Below, piece after piece: positions 18,358 to 28,303 of a stretch of DNA of 64,000 nt. The notes under the pieces were generated by a model, which did no database searches, had not been told where the DNA came from, and saw nothing but the letters and a program-made list of their open reading frames with translations. The position numbers were made by a program, and so were the translations under genes. Position 1 is the first letter of the stretch. Each line of letters begins with the position of its first letter. Source of the stretch: a virus (Duplodnaviria; Heunggongvirae; Uroviricota; Caudoviricetes); the IMG/VR virus record IMGVR_UViG_2734482597_000010, one strand, 5' to 3'.

Positions 18358-18818
18358 ACAGAGTAACCGCGATTATCTCCGCTCTGGTTATCTGCATCAT
18401 CGTCTGCCTGTCATGGGCTGTTAATCATTACCGTGATAACGCCATTACCTACAAAGCCCAGCGCGACAAAAATGCCAGAGAACTGAAGCTGGCGAACGCG
18501 GCAATTACTGACATGCAGATGCGTCAGCGTGATGTTGCTGCGCTCGATGCAAAATACACGAAGGAGTTAGCTGATGCGAAAGCTGAAAATGATGCTCTGC
18601 GTGATGATGTTGCCGCTGGTCGTCGTCGGTTGCACATCAAAGCAGTCTGTCAGTCAGTGCGTGAAGCCACCACCGCCTCCGGCGTGGATAATGCAGCCTC
18701 CCCCCGACTGGCAGACACCGCTGAACGGGATTATTTCACCCTCCGGGAACGACTGGTAATGATGCAGGCCCAACTTGAAGGTGCTCAGCAATACATAACC
18801 GAGCAGTGTTTAAAGTAA
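18354..18818 (+). CDS. Rz i-spanin
   Basis: N-terminal TM segment, coiled-coil body, standard position after the endolysin; Rz1 embedded in +1 frame. Confidence 0.8.
   Translation: MNRVTAIISALVICIIVCLSWAVNHYRDNAITYKAQRDKNARELKLANAAITDMQMRQRDVAALDAKYTKELADAKAENDALRDDVAAGRRRLHIKAVCQSVREATTASGVDNAASPRLADTAERDYFTLRERLVMMQAQLEGAQQYITEQCLK
18574..18759 (+). CDS. Rz1 o-spanin lipoprotein embedded in Rz
   Basis: 61-aa ORF with lipobox VVGC and proline-rich body ([15 protein letters not shown]). Confidence 0.7.
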   Translation: MRKLKMMLCVMMLPLVVVGCTSKQSVSQCVKPPPPPAWIMQPPPDWQTPLNGIISPSGNDW

Positions 18819-18955
18819 AATCTTAACTACAATATGATTCATTTTGATGATTGTTTCATAAGGAACAGTGAAGTAAGATCTAAGAGGAGTTAAATTTTAT
18901 ACAGTATAATCATAATATTGCAGCAAGGTGGTTATAATTGAAAGAATATTTAGAT

Positions 18956-20413
18956 ATGAATACATCTCATGTAAGAGTTGTTACTCATATGTGTGGGTTC
19001 CTGGTTTGGCTCTATAGTCTTTCAATGTTGCCACCAATGGTTGTAGCATTGTTTTATAAAGAAAAAAGCCTGTTCGTTTTCTTTATAACTTTCGTTATAT
19101 TTTTTTGCATTGGTGGCGGAGCGTGGTATACAACTAAGAAATCTGGCATTCAATTACGTACCCGTGATGGGTTTATTATAATTGTAATGTTTTGGATTTT
19201 GTTTTCTGTTATTAGTGCATTCCCTTTATGGATTGACTCAGAACTTAATTTAACGTTCATTGATGCTCTGTTTGAAGGGGTTTCTGGAATAACAACAACA
19301 GGAGCAACTGTAATTGATGATGTTAGTTCATTACCTCGGGCATATTTGTACTATCGGTCACAGTTAAATTTTATAGGTGGTTTAGGAGTTATTGTTCTGG
19401 CGGTTGCAGTATTGCCATTATTGGGTATTGGTGGTGCAAAGCTTTATCAGTCAGAAATGCCGGGGCCATTTAAGGATGACAAACTCACTCCCCGCCTGGC
19501 CGATACGTCACGGACACTGTGGATAACTTATTCTTTATTAGGTATTGCTTGTATTGTCTGTTATAGACTTGCAGGAATGCCTTTGTTTGATGCTATTTGT
19601 CACGGGATTTCCACAGTTTCGCTTGGTGGTTTCTCAACTCATAGCGAGAGTATCGGATATTTTAATAACTATTTGGTTGAGCTGGTGGCTGGTTCTTTTT
19701 CCCTGCTATCGGCTTTCAACTTCACTCTTTGGTATATTGTTATTAGCAGAAAAACGATAAAACCTTTAATCAGAGATATTGAACTTCGTTTCTTTCTGTT
19801 AATAGCCTTAGGGGTGATCATTGTTACCTCTTTCCAGGTCTGGCATATAGGTATGTATGACTTGCATGGAAGTTTTATTCATTCGTTTTTTCTTGCCAGC
19901 TCCATGCTCACTGATAATGGTTTAGCTACGCAGGATTATGCAAACTGGCCCACGCACACGATAGTGTTTTTGCTGTTGTCAAGTTTCTTTGGGGGATGTA
20001 TAGGTTCAACCTGTGGTGGAATTAAGTCACTTCGATTTCTTATACTTTTCAAACAAAGCAAACACGAGATAAATCAGCTTTCTCATCCCAGAGCGTTGTT
20101 GAGTGTAAATGTAGGAGGGAAGATAGTTACAGATCGTGTAATGAGGTCTGTATGGAGTTTCTTTTTTCTTTATACTCTCTTCACGGTGTTTTTTATACTG
20201 GTGTTAAATGGTATGGGATATGATTTTCTTACATCATTTGCAACAGTGGCTGCATGTATTAATAATATGGGATTAGGTTTTGGGGCTACTGCATCGTCAT
20301 TCGGAGTGCTTAATGACATTGCAAAATATTTAATGTGCATAGCTATGATTCTTGGTCGCCTTGAAATTTATCCTGTTATTATATTGTTTTCAGGTTTTTT
20401 TTGGCGCTCCTAA
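18956..20413 (+). CDS. trkG: TrkG potassium uptake protein (485 aa), prophage cargo
   Basis: MNTSHVRVVTHMCGFLVWLYSLSMLPPMVVALFYKEK... multi-pass membrane protein matching K-12 TrkG; AT-rich. Confidence 0.9.
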   Translation: MNTSHVRVVTHMCGFLVWLYSLSMLPPMVVALFYKEKSLFVFFITFVIFFCIGGGAWYTTKKSGIQLRTRDGFIIIVMFWILFSVISAFPLWIDSELNLTFIDALFEGVSGITTTGATVIDDVSSLPRAYLYYRSQLNFIGGLGVIVLAVAVLPLLGIGGAKLYQSEMPGPFKDDKLTPRLADTSRTLWITYSLLGIACIVCYRLAGMPLFDAICHGISTVSLGGFSTHSESIGYFNNYLVELVAGSFSLLSAFNFTLWYIVISRKTIKPLIRDIELRFFLLIALGVIIVTSFQVWHIGMYDLHGSFIHSFFLASSMLTDNGLATQDYANWPTHTIVFLLLSSFFGGCIGSTCGGIKSLRFLILFKQSKHEINQLSHPRALLSVNVGGKIVTDRVMRSVWSFFFLYTLFTVFFILVLNGMGYDFLTSFATVAACINNMGLGFGATASSFGVLNDIAKYLMCIAMILGRLEIYPVIILFSGFFWRS

Positions 20414-20550
20414 TATATGGCTGATTTATAATTGTGAGTTTAATATTATGTTGACTCACTCATTGATCCAATACCTAACTTTACCAGCAACACCTCCGCC
20501 CCCAGTAGCACTGGCTGCTGGGGTGCGTTTTATTCATAAAGCAAGGCTGT

Positions 20551-21339
20551 ATGAGCGAGAAATTAAAGATAGTCTATCGCCCATTACAAGAATTGTCACC
20601 GTATGCGCACAACGCCAGGACGCACAGTACTGAGCAGGTGGCACAACTGGTAGAAAGTATTAAGCAATTCGGCTGGACTAATCCGGTGCTGATTGACGAA
20701 AAGGGCGAAATTATTGCGGGTCACGGTCGTGTTATGGCGGCTGAAATGCTCAAAATGGATTCTGTTCCGGTCATTGTTCTGTCTGGCCTGACGGATGAGC
20801 AGAAAAAGGCGTACCGCCTGGCAGATAATCGCCTGCCGATGAATGCTGGCTGGGATGAAGATCTGTTGCGGATGGAGCTGTCGGACCTAATCAATGCTGA
20901 TTTTGATGTCTCCCTGACAGGCTTCATCCCGGCAGAAATTGATGAACTGTTGACGGATGTTTTGCCCGGTACAGGAAATGAGGAGGAGCCGTATACGACG
21001 AAAATTGATACGCCTGTTTATGAGCCGTCAGGCGGTAAACCGGATATCAGTGAACTGTACGACGATACGAAAACTCAGGAGCTGATCAGCCGGATACGTT
21101 CGGCGTCCCTTGATCCTGATATTGAGAAATTCCTCCTGTGTGCAGCAGAACGTCACACGGTGTTTAATTTCAGCAGAATTGCGGACTATTACGCTCATGC
21201 CCCCGCTGAAATTCAGTGCCTTTTCGAGGAGTCGGCGCTGGTGATCATTGATTATCAGCAGGCTATTGAAAATGGATTTGTCCGAATGACGCAGCGCATG
21301 GTGGAGATCATGCATGGCGGGGAGGAGGAATATGCGTGA
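20551..21339 (+). CDS. ParB-like nuclease domain protein (262 aa; intact form of the K-12 ynaK/ydaY remnants)
   Basis: N-terminal ParB/Srx-type segment ..NPVLIDEKGEIIAGHGRVMAAEML..; upstream of the packaging genes. Confidence 0.7.
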   Translation: MSEKLKIVYRPLQELSPYAHNARTHSTEQVAQLVESIKQFGWTNPVLIDEKGEIIAGHGRVMAAEMLKMDSVPVIVLSGLTDEQKKAYRLADNRLPMNAGWDEDLLRMELSDLINADFDVSLTGFIPAEIDELLTDVLPGTGNEEEPYTTKIDTPVYEPSGGKPDISELYDDTKTQELISRIRSASLDPDIEKFLLCAAERHTVFNFSRIADYYAHAPAEIQCLFEESALVIIDYQQAIENGFVRMTQRMVEIMHGGEEEYA

Positions 21340-22264
21340 TGATTTTTGCGCCTTTATTCTGACTCACGGGCGACCGGACAAAGTTCTGACTTACCGGACG
21401 TTGCGTCGTGCTGGCTATACCGGGAAAATTTTTATCGTTGTTGATGATGAAGATAAGACACGGCATCAGTACATGGCTGAATTTGGTGAACAGGTGCTGG
21501 TATTTTCCAAAGCCGATATTGCTAGTCGTTTTGACGAAGCCGATAATTTTAGTGACCGCCGCTCAATTTTTTACGCCCGTAATGCCTGTTTCGACCAGGC
21601 AAAACTGGTCGGGTGTAAATACTTCATTCAGCTCGATGATGATTATCACGAGTTCCAGTTTCGGGTGGATCGCAACTATGACCAGGCCTATTTCCCGATA
21701 AGGAAACTGGATGAGATCCTTTCTGAAATGCTTGCGTACTACGAATCAATACCTGCTCTTTCCATCGCTATGTCGCAGGGCGGGGATTTTCTTGGTGACA
21801 ATGGCGGCCATGCTTCGTGGGTGAAACGCAAGGCAATGAACAGCTTTATCTGTTCGGTTGATCGACCGTTCTCATTCATGGGGCGCATTAACGAGGATGT
21901 GAATACGTACACGAATCTCGGTCGCTGTGGTGAATTGTTTATGACGATCGGTGCTGTCCAGTTAGGGCAGAAACAGACGCAGAAAAACAGCGGCGGAATG
22001 ACCGAGCTGTATCTGGATTCCGGAACCTACGTTAAAAGTTTTTACTCCGTCATGTATGCGCCGTCGTGCGTAAAAATCTCACTTATGGGTGCCAGTCATA
22101 AACGCATTCACCATCAGGTCACCTGGAACAACGCTGCAGTAAAAATCCTTCACGAAAAATACAGGAAGAAGACACCCTGCATATCAATGGGGGTGACAAA
22201 TGATTCCGTATTCGAAAGTCGAGTCTCTGGCAGCGTGCCGGATGACTGCACAACAAATCGCTGA
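21332..22264 (+). CDS. hypothetical protein with DxD-type signatures (possible nucleotide-sugar transferase fold)
   Basis: GGAGGAGG RBS before ATG 21332; contains FIVVDDED and IQLDDDYH; fold assignment is a guess. Confidence 0.4.
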   Translation: MRDDFCAFILTHGRPDKVLTYRTLRRAGYTGKIFIVVDDEDKTRHQYMAEFGEQVLVFSKADIASRFDEADNFSDRRSIFYARNACFDQAKLVGCKYFIQLDDDYHEFQFRVDRNYDQAYFPIRKLDEILSEMLAYYESIPALSIAMSQGGDFLGDNGGHASWVKRKAMNSFICSVDRPFSFMGRINEDVNTYTNLGRCGELFMTIGAVQLGQKQTQKNSGGMTELYLDSGTYVKSFYSVMYAPSCVKISLMGASHKRIHHQVTWNNAAVKILHEKYRKKTPCISMGVTNDSVFESRVSGSVPDDCTTNR

Positions 22265-22451
22265 CGTTCTGGATGTTGATCTGAACCGACTGAAAGAAAA
22301 TCGGGAAGCAATGACAGATTTTTATGCGGCCATCCGTAAGGGCAGAGCGAAAGGTGAAGCCGAGTTACGAGCGGCATTGTTTAAGCTTGCCAGAAAAGGG
22401 GATGCCTTTGCTCTGCGCGAACTACTCAGGGTGGATAAAAATCAGGACTAA
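22200..22451 (+). CDS. small putative DNA-binding protein (83 aa)
   Basis: ORF immediately upstream of and in frame with the terminase small subunit, separated by a TAA; real start may be internal. Confidence 0.3.
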   Translation: MIPYSKVESLAACRMTAQQIADVLDVDLNRLKENREAMTDFYAAIRKGRAKGEAELRAALFKLARKGDAFALRELLRVDKNQD

Positions 22452-22454
22452 CTG

Positions 22455-23549
22455 ATGAGCAGACCGGACTGGGGGGCGTTGCAGCAGGAGTATATTGCTG
22501 AATACACCCGCTCCGGTATATCTCCGGTGGCATGGTGTGAAGCAAGGGGACTGAATTACGCAACAGCCCGTCGTTACATCAAAAAAACTCCGAAAAATGC
22601 GCAGACAGAAATGTGCAAAACTGCGCAAAAAAGTGCGCAGAAAAAATCTGCGCAGACTGCACAAAAGCGGAACGAAAAATCTCAGGAAAAAAAGCCAGTA
22701 TTCGATGCGGGCCTGAATGAGGGCGACGCGGAGGAATTTTCGTTCTGTCCCGATGAATTCGGCATTTCTGACCAGCAGGCTAAGTTTGCGATGCTTGTTG
22801 CTCAGGGTAAAAAGCCGACAGAGGCGTACCGACTAGCCGGTTATGAGGGGCAAGGTGCGACAGCTAACAGCAACGCCAGTCGTATGCTTAGAAATGCCAG
22901 GGTTTTTCGCGCTATCAGCTACTTCCGCAATCAGTACCAGAAACGCTATACCGCAGACCTGGATTTACTAGTGAGTCAGTTGATGGCTATTGTCCTGGCC
23001 GACCCCAATCAGCTTGCACAATTTCGCCGTGTTAACTGCCGTTATTGCTGGGGCGAGAATCATCTCTACCAGTGGCGCGATATAGCAGAATTCGACAAGG
23101 CAGCGGCGCAGGCTTCCAGAGATGGCAAACCCGAACCGGAATATGGAGGCCTCGGCTTTGTTGATAACGCCATACCCAATCCGGACTGCCCGAAGTGCTG
23201 CGGTGAGGGAACGGGACAGCTTTATATGGCTGATACCACTCTGCTTGATGGGGATGCGCGGCAATTATATGCAGGGGCAAAATTCGGAAAATTCGGCGTT
23301 GAGATCCTGCTGGAGGATAAGGCTGCCGCCCGGCGTGAATTGTTGCGTTTGTTTTCTGCTGGCGGGGCTTTATGTGCAGATAAGCGGCTACGGGAACTGG
23401 AAATTGAACGGCGCAGAATGGAAAACCAGAAGCTGCGCAAAGAGATCGAAACGGTGGAAGATAATGAACATCCCCAGCCTGTGGCGATCAATATTAATGT
23501 GGTTGATGCCAGAGTAAGGAGTGATGAAGATGATCTCTCCGACGCTTAA
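22455..23549 (+). CDS. terminase small subunit (HTH N-terminus, Cys-pair C-terminus)
   Basis: Position directly upstream of the large terminase; N-terminal HTH-like segment; CxxC...CxxC cluster. Confidence 0.55.
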   Translation: MSRPDWGALQQEYIAEYTRSGISPVAWCEARGLNYATARRYIKKTPKNAQTEMCKTAQKSAQKKSAQTAQKRNEKSQEKKPVFDAGLNEGDAEEFSFCPDEFGISDQQAKFAMLVAQGKKPTEAYRLAGYEGQGATANSNASRMLRNARVFRAISYFRNQYQKRYTADLDLLVSQLMAIVLADPNQLAQFRRVNCRYCWGENHLYQWRDIAEFDKAAAQASRDGKPEPEYGGLGFVDNAIPNPDCPKCCGEGTGQLYMADTTLLDGDARQLYAGAKFGKFGVEILLEDKAAARRELLRLFSAGGALCADKRLRELEIERRRMENQKLRKEIETVEDNEHPQPVAININVVDARVRSDEDDLSDA

Positions 23550-24831
23550 TGTGCCTCAGGCGCGATTTCTTTCAATGCCCCATAAATTTAAAGCCTATAT
23601 TGCTGGTTTTGGCTCGGGCAAAACATGGGTTGGGTGTGGCGGCATATGCAAGGGGATTTGGGAGCATCCAGGTATAAATCAGGGATATTTTGCGCCAACG
23701 TATCCCCAAATTCGCGATATTTTTTACCCTACAGTGGAAGAAGTTGCTGCTGACTGGGGATTGAACGTAAAAATTAATGAGGGAAATAAAGAGGTTCACT
23801 TTTATTACGGACGCCAGTATCGGGGAACCACTATCTGCAGATCGATGGAGAAGCCACAAACGATCGTCGGTTTCAAAATTGGTAATGCGTTGGTGGATGA
23901 ACTGGACATTTTGCCGAAGGAAAAAGCCAGAACGGCGTGGCGCAAGATAATTGCACGTATGCGTTATAAGATTGATGGACTTCGCAACGGTATTGACGTT
24001 ACAACCACGCCGGAAGGATTCAAATTTGTCTACGAGCAGTTTGTTAAAGCCGTGCGTGAAAAAACAGAGCTGGCCTCACTGTATGGTCTGGTGCAGGCAT
24101 CTACTTTCGATAATGAAAAGAACCTGCCAGCAGATTACATTCCTTCGCTTCTTGAATCATACCCTCCAGAGCTGATTAAAGCCTATCTTCGAGGACAGTT
24201 TACTAACCTGACAAGTGGTACTGTTTACCATCAGTTTGACCGGAAACTGAATAATTGCGAAGAAGTGGAGCAGCCAGGGGAGCCGATTTATATTGGGATG
24301 GATTTTAACGTTGGAAAGATGGCGGGAATCGTCCATGTGCTGCGTTTGGGGCTTCCATGTGCGGTAACTGAAATCATCAATGCCTACGATACGCCGGATA
24401 TGATCCGCATCATTAAAGAACGCTTCTGGCTGTATGATGGGAATGATTACCGGAAAGTGAGGGAAATTTATATTTATCCAGATGCTTCCGGGGATTCCAG
24501 AAAATCAAGTAACGCAAGTACGACGGATATAGCCCAGCTTAAGCAGGCTGGTTTTAACGTTGTGGTGAACAGCTCGAACCCGCCAGTAAAAGATCGCGTT
24601 AACTCAATGAATGCAATGTTCTGCAATGCCAATGGTGAGCGTCGCTATAAAGTTAATGTGAAGCGTTGCCCGTTATATGCCGAATCTCTGGAGCAACAGG
24701 TCTGGGATGAGAAGGGGGAGCCTGATAAAAAATCTGGCAATGATCACCCGAATGATGCCGGAGGTTATTTCATCGTTAAGCAATTCCCTATTGTCAAACC
24801 GACCGGAAGAGTCACATCACTTCGGATTTAA
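23521..24831 (+). CDS. terminase large subunit (ATPase/nuclease)
   Basis: Walker A-like AGFGSGKT near the N-terminus; position and size. Confidence 0.7.
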   Translation: MMKMISPTLNVPQARFLSMPHKFKAYIAGFGSGKTWVGCGGICKGIWEHPGINQGYFAPTYPQIRDIFYPTVEEVAADWGLNVKINEGNKEVHFYYGRQYRGTTICRSMEKPQTIVGFKIGNALVDELDILPKEKARTAWRKIIARMRYKIDGLRNGIDVTTTPEGFKFVYEQFVKAVREKTELASLYGLVQASTFDNEKNLPADYIPSLLESYPPELIKAYLRGQFTNLTSGTVYHQFDRKLNNCEEVEQPGEPIYIGMDFNVGKMAGIVHVLRLGLPCAVTEIINAYDTPDMIRIIKERFWLYDGNDYRKVREIYIYPDASGDSRKSSNASTTDIAQLKQAGFNVVVNSSNPPVKDRVNSMNAMFCNANGERRYKVNVKRCPLYAESLEQQVWDEKGEPDKKSGNDHPNDAGGYFIVKQFPIVKPTGRVTSLRI

Positions 24832-24833
24832 TT

Positions 24834-26240
24834 ATGGCTGATATATCAACACCCAACCTCGACTATAACGATATGCTGGAGGCGTGGGATATTAACGACG
24901 CACTGATGGGCGGTACGCTTGAAATGCGCAGGCAGGGGGAAAATTATCTCCCAAAATGGCCTAACGAAGATGAAGACGCTTATAAAAAACGCCTGTCTGT
25001 GGCTACGCTACTTCCTGTGTATGAAGAAAGCATCAAGCAAAATATTGGGCGCATATTTGCAGAGCCGACAGTATTGAGTGAGGAAACGCCGGCAAAAATC
25101 AGGGAATATGCAGAAAATATCGACATGGAGGGGAGCCGACTGGATGTGTGGGCGCAGCAATTTTTCAGCCTCGCATTTCAGTATGGTGTGGCACATGCGC
25201 TGGTGGACTATCCACGAACGGATATGAAAGAGATTCGGACAAAAGCCGATGAAAACGCGACCGGTGGTCGTCCGTACGTTACGATGCTGAATCCACGCCA
25301 GGTTATTGGATGGAAATCGAAAGTTGAAAAAGGGAAAGTTGTTCTCACTGATTTGCGTATAAAAGAGGTCATCATTATTGATGGTGATGATTTCGGGCAG
25401 AAGAAGGTGGAGCAGATCCGCCATATTATGCCCCGTCGAGTTGAAATTTATCGACGTAGCGAAGGCACTAATGGCGAATCTGTCTGGACGCTTCATGAGT
25501 CATGGAATACCAGCCGTGATGATATTCCTCTGGTAACACTGTACACGAAGAAAACAGGATTTATGCGTGGTACACCGCCATTGCTTAATCTTGGCTTGCT
25601 GAATATCAAGCACTGGCAAAGCCAGAGCGAGCAGGACAATATTCTTCATGTTGCCCGCGTTCCATTGCTGGTGGCCTACGGGCTGGACAGGAATGAAGAA
25701 CTGACGGTTGGTGCATCCACCGCTACGATTTTTGAGGACAGAACAAAAAATGGCCTCGAATATGTTGAACATAGTGGCGCAGCGATAGAATCTGGCGAAA
25801 CATCACTTGAGAAGCTGGAAAATCAGATGCGTCATGCCGGCGCTAAACTTCTGCGTGCTGAAAATACATCCACCAAATCTGTTGATCAGACTAATGAAGA
25901 GCGAATGCAGGAAAACTCGCCGCTTTATACAATGGCGAACTCCCTCGAAGATGCCCTCGATAATATTCTCCAGATAATGGCGGAATGGATCGGAGAGAGT
26001 TGCGGTGGCAATGTGGATGTGCGCACTGAACTGGATGTATCTGCCCAGGTGTTTGACTCATCCTCCGCGCTGGCTGTTCAGTCATTGCGTCAGGGCGGTG
26101 ATATACGTCAGATTGATGCGGTTCGGGTGTTGCAGGCGTTGAAATTTATCGATCAGGATTCCCGTCCAGAGGAAGTGATCGATGAATTAAAAAATCAGAG
26201 TGTAATGCTGATGGAAATCAATGATGCAAACCGTGAATGA
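24834..26240 (+). CDS. portal protein (putative)
   Basis: 468-aa ORF immediately after the large terminase; called from synteny. Confidence 0.5.
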   Translation: MADISTPNLDYNDMLEAWDINDALMGGTLEMRRQGENYLPKWPNEDEDAYKKRLSVATLLPVYEESIKQNIGRIFAEPTVLSEETPAKIREYAENIDMEGSRLDVWAQQFFSLAFQYGVAHALVDYPRTDMKEIRTKADENATGGRPYVTMLNPRQVIGWKSKVEKGKVVLTDLRIKEVIIIDGDDFGQKKVEQIRHIMPRRVEIYRRSEGTNGESVWTLHESWNTSRDDIPLVTLYTKKTGFMRGTPPLLNLGLLNIKHWQSQSEQDNILHVARVPLLVAYGLDRNEELTVGASTATIFEDRTKNGLEYVEHSGAAIESGETSLEKLENQMRHAGAKLLRAENTSTKSVDQTNEERMQENSPLYTMANSLEDALDNILQIMAEWIGESCGGNVDVRTELDVSAQVFDSSSALAVQSLRQGGDIRQIDAVRVLQALKFIDQDSRPEEVIDELKNQSVMLMEINDANRE

Positions 26241-27336
26241 ACGGCTGCGTGATGAATCAATTGCTCATGCAGTCTGGATATCCCGCTATAGCACTGGCGT
26301 GGCTGCCAGAATGGTGAAAATACTGAATGACAGCGATGCGGAACTTACTGCTCGCCTGCTGATAGCACTGGACAGCCTCGATCCAGGTAGTTTTACCGTT
26401 AAGCGCCTGGAGTCACTTCTGGCGAGCGTCAGAGAGGTTAACCGCACTGCTATTAACAGCATGTTTACCAGTCTCTCCGGAGAGCTGAACGAGCTGGCAA
26501 TTTATGAGGCTGGTTATCAGTTAAGTCTGTTTGATTCTATGCTACCTGATTTTGTTGCTGATGTTCACCCTCTGGTTGGTATCTCTCCTGATGCACTTTA
26601 TGCCGCTGCAATGGCGCGACCATTCCAGGGACGACTGCTCAGTGAGTGGGCCTCAGATCTTGAGGCGGATCGGCTCAGACGCATAACAAATACAGTGCGT
26701 CAGGGTTTTTTGCTGGGGGATACCAATGAGCAGATCGCAAGAAAAATTCGGGGACATGTCAGTAAGGGATTTCAGGATGGTGCATTGCAGATGAGCCGGG
26801 CTAATGCGGCCAGCATTGCAAAAACAGCGGTTGGACATCTTGCTGCTACTGCCCGTGAGAGTTTTGCCAGCGCGAATAATGATTTGATTAAGGGTAAGCA
26901 ATGGTTATCAACGCTTGATAATCGTACTACGCCACAATGTCGAATCAGGGATCGCCTCAAATATACGCTGAATAATAAACCTGTAGGTCACAGCGTGCCT
27001 TATTTGCAGGGGCCGGGAAAAATTCATTTCTGCTGCCGCTCAACGGAAACGTTCATTCTGAAATCAGCGAAGGAACTGGGTATTGATGTTCGCGATATTT
27101 CCCCGGCTGAGCGGGCCAGCATGGATGGCGTGGTGGCCGGAGATACAACCTACAGGGAATGGTTTTTGCGTCAGCCTTACACCAGACAAAAACAGATTGT
27201 GGGGGAAAGCCGAGCAAAGCTGATTCGGGATGGTGGTATGTCGCCAGATGAATTTTACACCGATAAAGGCGAATGGCTGACGCTGAAGCAGCTCCGTGAG
27301 CGTGATGCACAGGTATTCAGAAAAGCAGGGATTTAA
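26221..27336 (+). CDS. head morphogenesis / minor head protein (putative)
   Basis: Synteny after the portal; 371 aa. Confidence 0.45.
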   Translation: MMQTVNERLRDESIAHAVWISRYSTGVAARMVKILNDSDAELTARLLIALDSLDPGSFTVKRLESLLASVREVNRTAINSMFTSLSGELNELAIYEAGYQLSLFDSMLPDFVADVHPLVGISPDALYAAAMARPFQGRLLSEWASDLEADRLRRITNTVRQGFLLGDTNEQIARKIRGHVSKGFQDGALQMSRANAASIAKTAVGHLAATARESFASANNDLIKGKQWLSTLDNRTTPQCRIRDRLKYTLNNKPVGHSVPYLQGPGKIHFCCRSTETFILKSAKELGIDVRDISPAERASMDGVVAGDTTYREWFLRQPYTRQKQIVGESRAKLIRDGGMSPDEFYTDKGEWLTLKQLRERDAQVFRKAGI

Positions 27337-27440
27337 ATAAATCATTTATTACAACAGGCTACCTTCGGGTGGCCTTTTTTATTGCTGCGATCCGGATGGT
27401 GAGCAGCGTAACTGTCGGAAGACTTAAACCAGGTACTAAT

Positions 27441-28205
27441 ATGAAACTGAAAACGGTCGAGATTAACGGAAAACAATACGCAGAAATTGATACTGCTGGC
27501 CTGCCAGTTTATGTGCACGACGATGGTAAAGAAATTGGCTTCGATGCACCGCTGGCGACAAAAAAAATTACAGAGCTTAATGGCGAGGCAAAAAATCATC
27601 GCCTGGCTAAAGAAGCTGCAGAGGAAAAACTGGCTAAGTTTGCCGCTATCGAAGACCCGAAGAAGGCGATCGAGGCACTGGAAATGCTGTCAAAAATCGA
27701 CCAGAAAAAGCTGCTCGATGCGGGACAGGTTGACCAGGTTAAGGCAGAAATTACGAAAAATTTTCAGCAGCAATTAGATGAAGAAAAGCAACGCTCTCAG
27801 ATGCTGGAGAAGCAGCTTTACGATTCTATGATTGGCGGTAGTTTTGCGGGTTCAAAATATATTGCCGATAAAATTGCGATCCCGGCAGATTTATTACAAG
27901 CCCGCTTCGGGCAGGCATTCAAAGTGGAAGAAGGGAGGATCGTTGCTTATGACGCTTCCGGCAACAAAATTTATTCCCGCGCGAAGCCTGGCGAACTGGC
28001 GCAGTTTGATGAGGCGCTGGAGTTCCTTGTCGAAAATTACCCTCAGAAAGACTACATCCTGAAAGCCAGTGGCAACAATGGCGGCGGCTCCCGTCCGACA
28101 CAGCATGATATTGGTCAGAAAACGATGAAACGCTCTGCTTTTGATGCACTGGATGTTGCAGGTAAGCAAAACGCATTGAAAGACGGTATCACAATCGTTG
28201 ATTAA
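27441..28205 (+). CDS. scaffolding protein (putative)
   Basis: Charged, helix-prone protein immediately upstream of the major capsid gene; start uncertain. Confidence 0.4.
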   Translation: MKLKTVEINGKQYAEIDTAGLPVYVHDDGKEIGFDAPLATKKITELNGEAKNHRLAKEAAEEKLAKFAAIEDPKKAIEALEMLSKIDQKKLLDAGQVDQVKAEITKNFQQQLDEEKQRSQMLEKQLYDSMIGGSFAGSKYIADKIAIPADLLQARFGQAFKVEEGRIVAYDASGNKIYSRAKPGELAQFDEALEFLVENYPQKDYILKASGNNGGGSRPTQHDIGQKTMKRSAFDALDVAGKQNALKDGITIVD

Positions 28206-28303
28206 CACATTTGTCAGCTTCCGGATGGGAGCTGGTGTCAGGGCTGGATAGCTCATTACTCCATCTATTCACAATTACGCAAATTTTTAAGGAATATTTA
28301 ATT

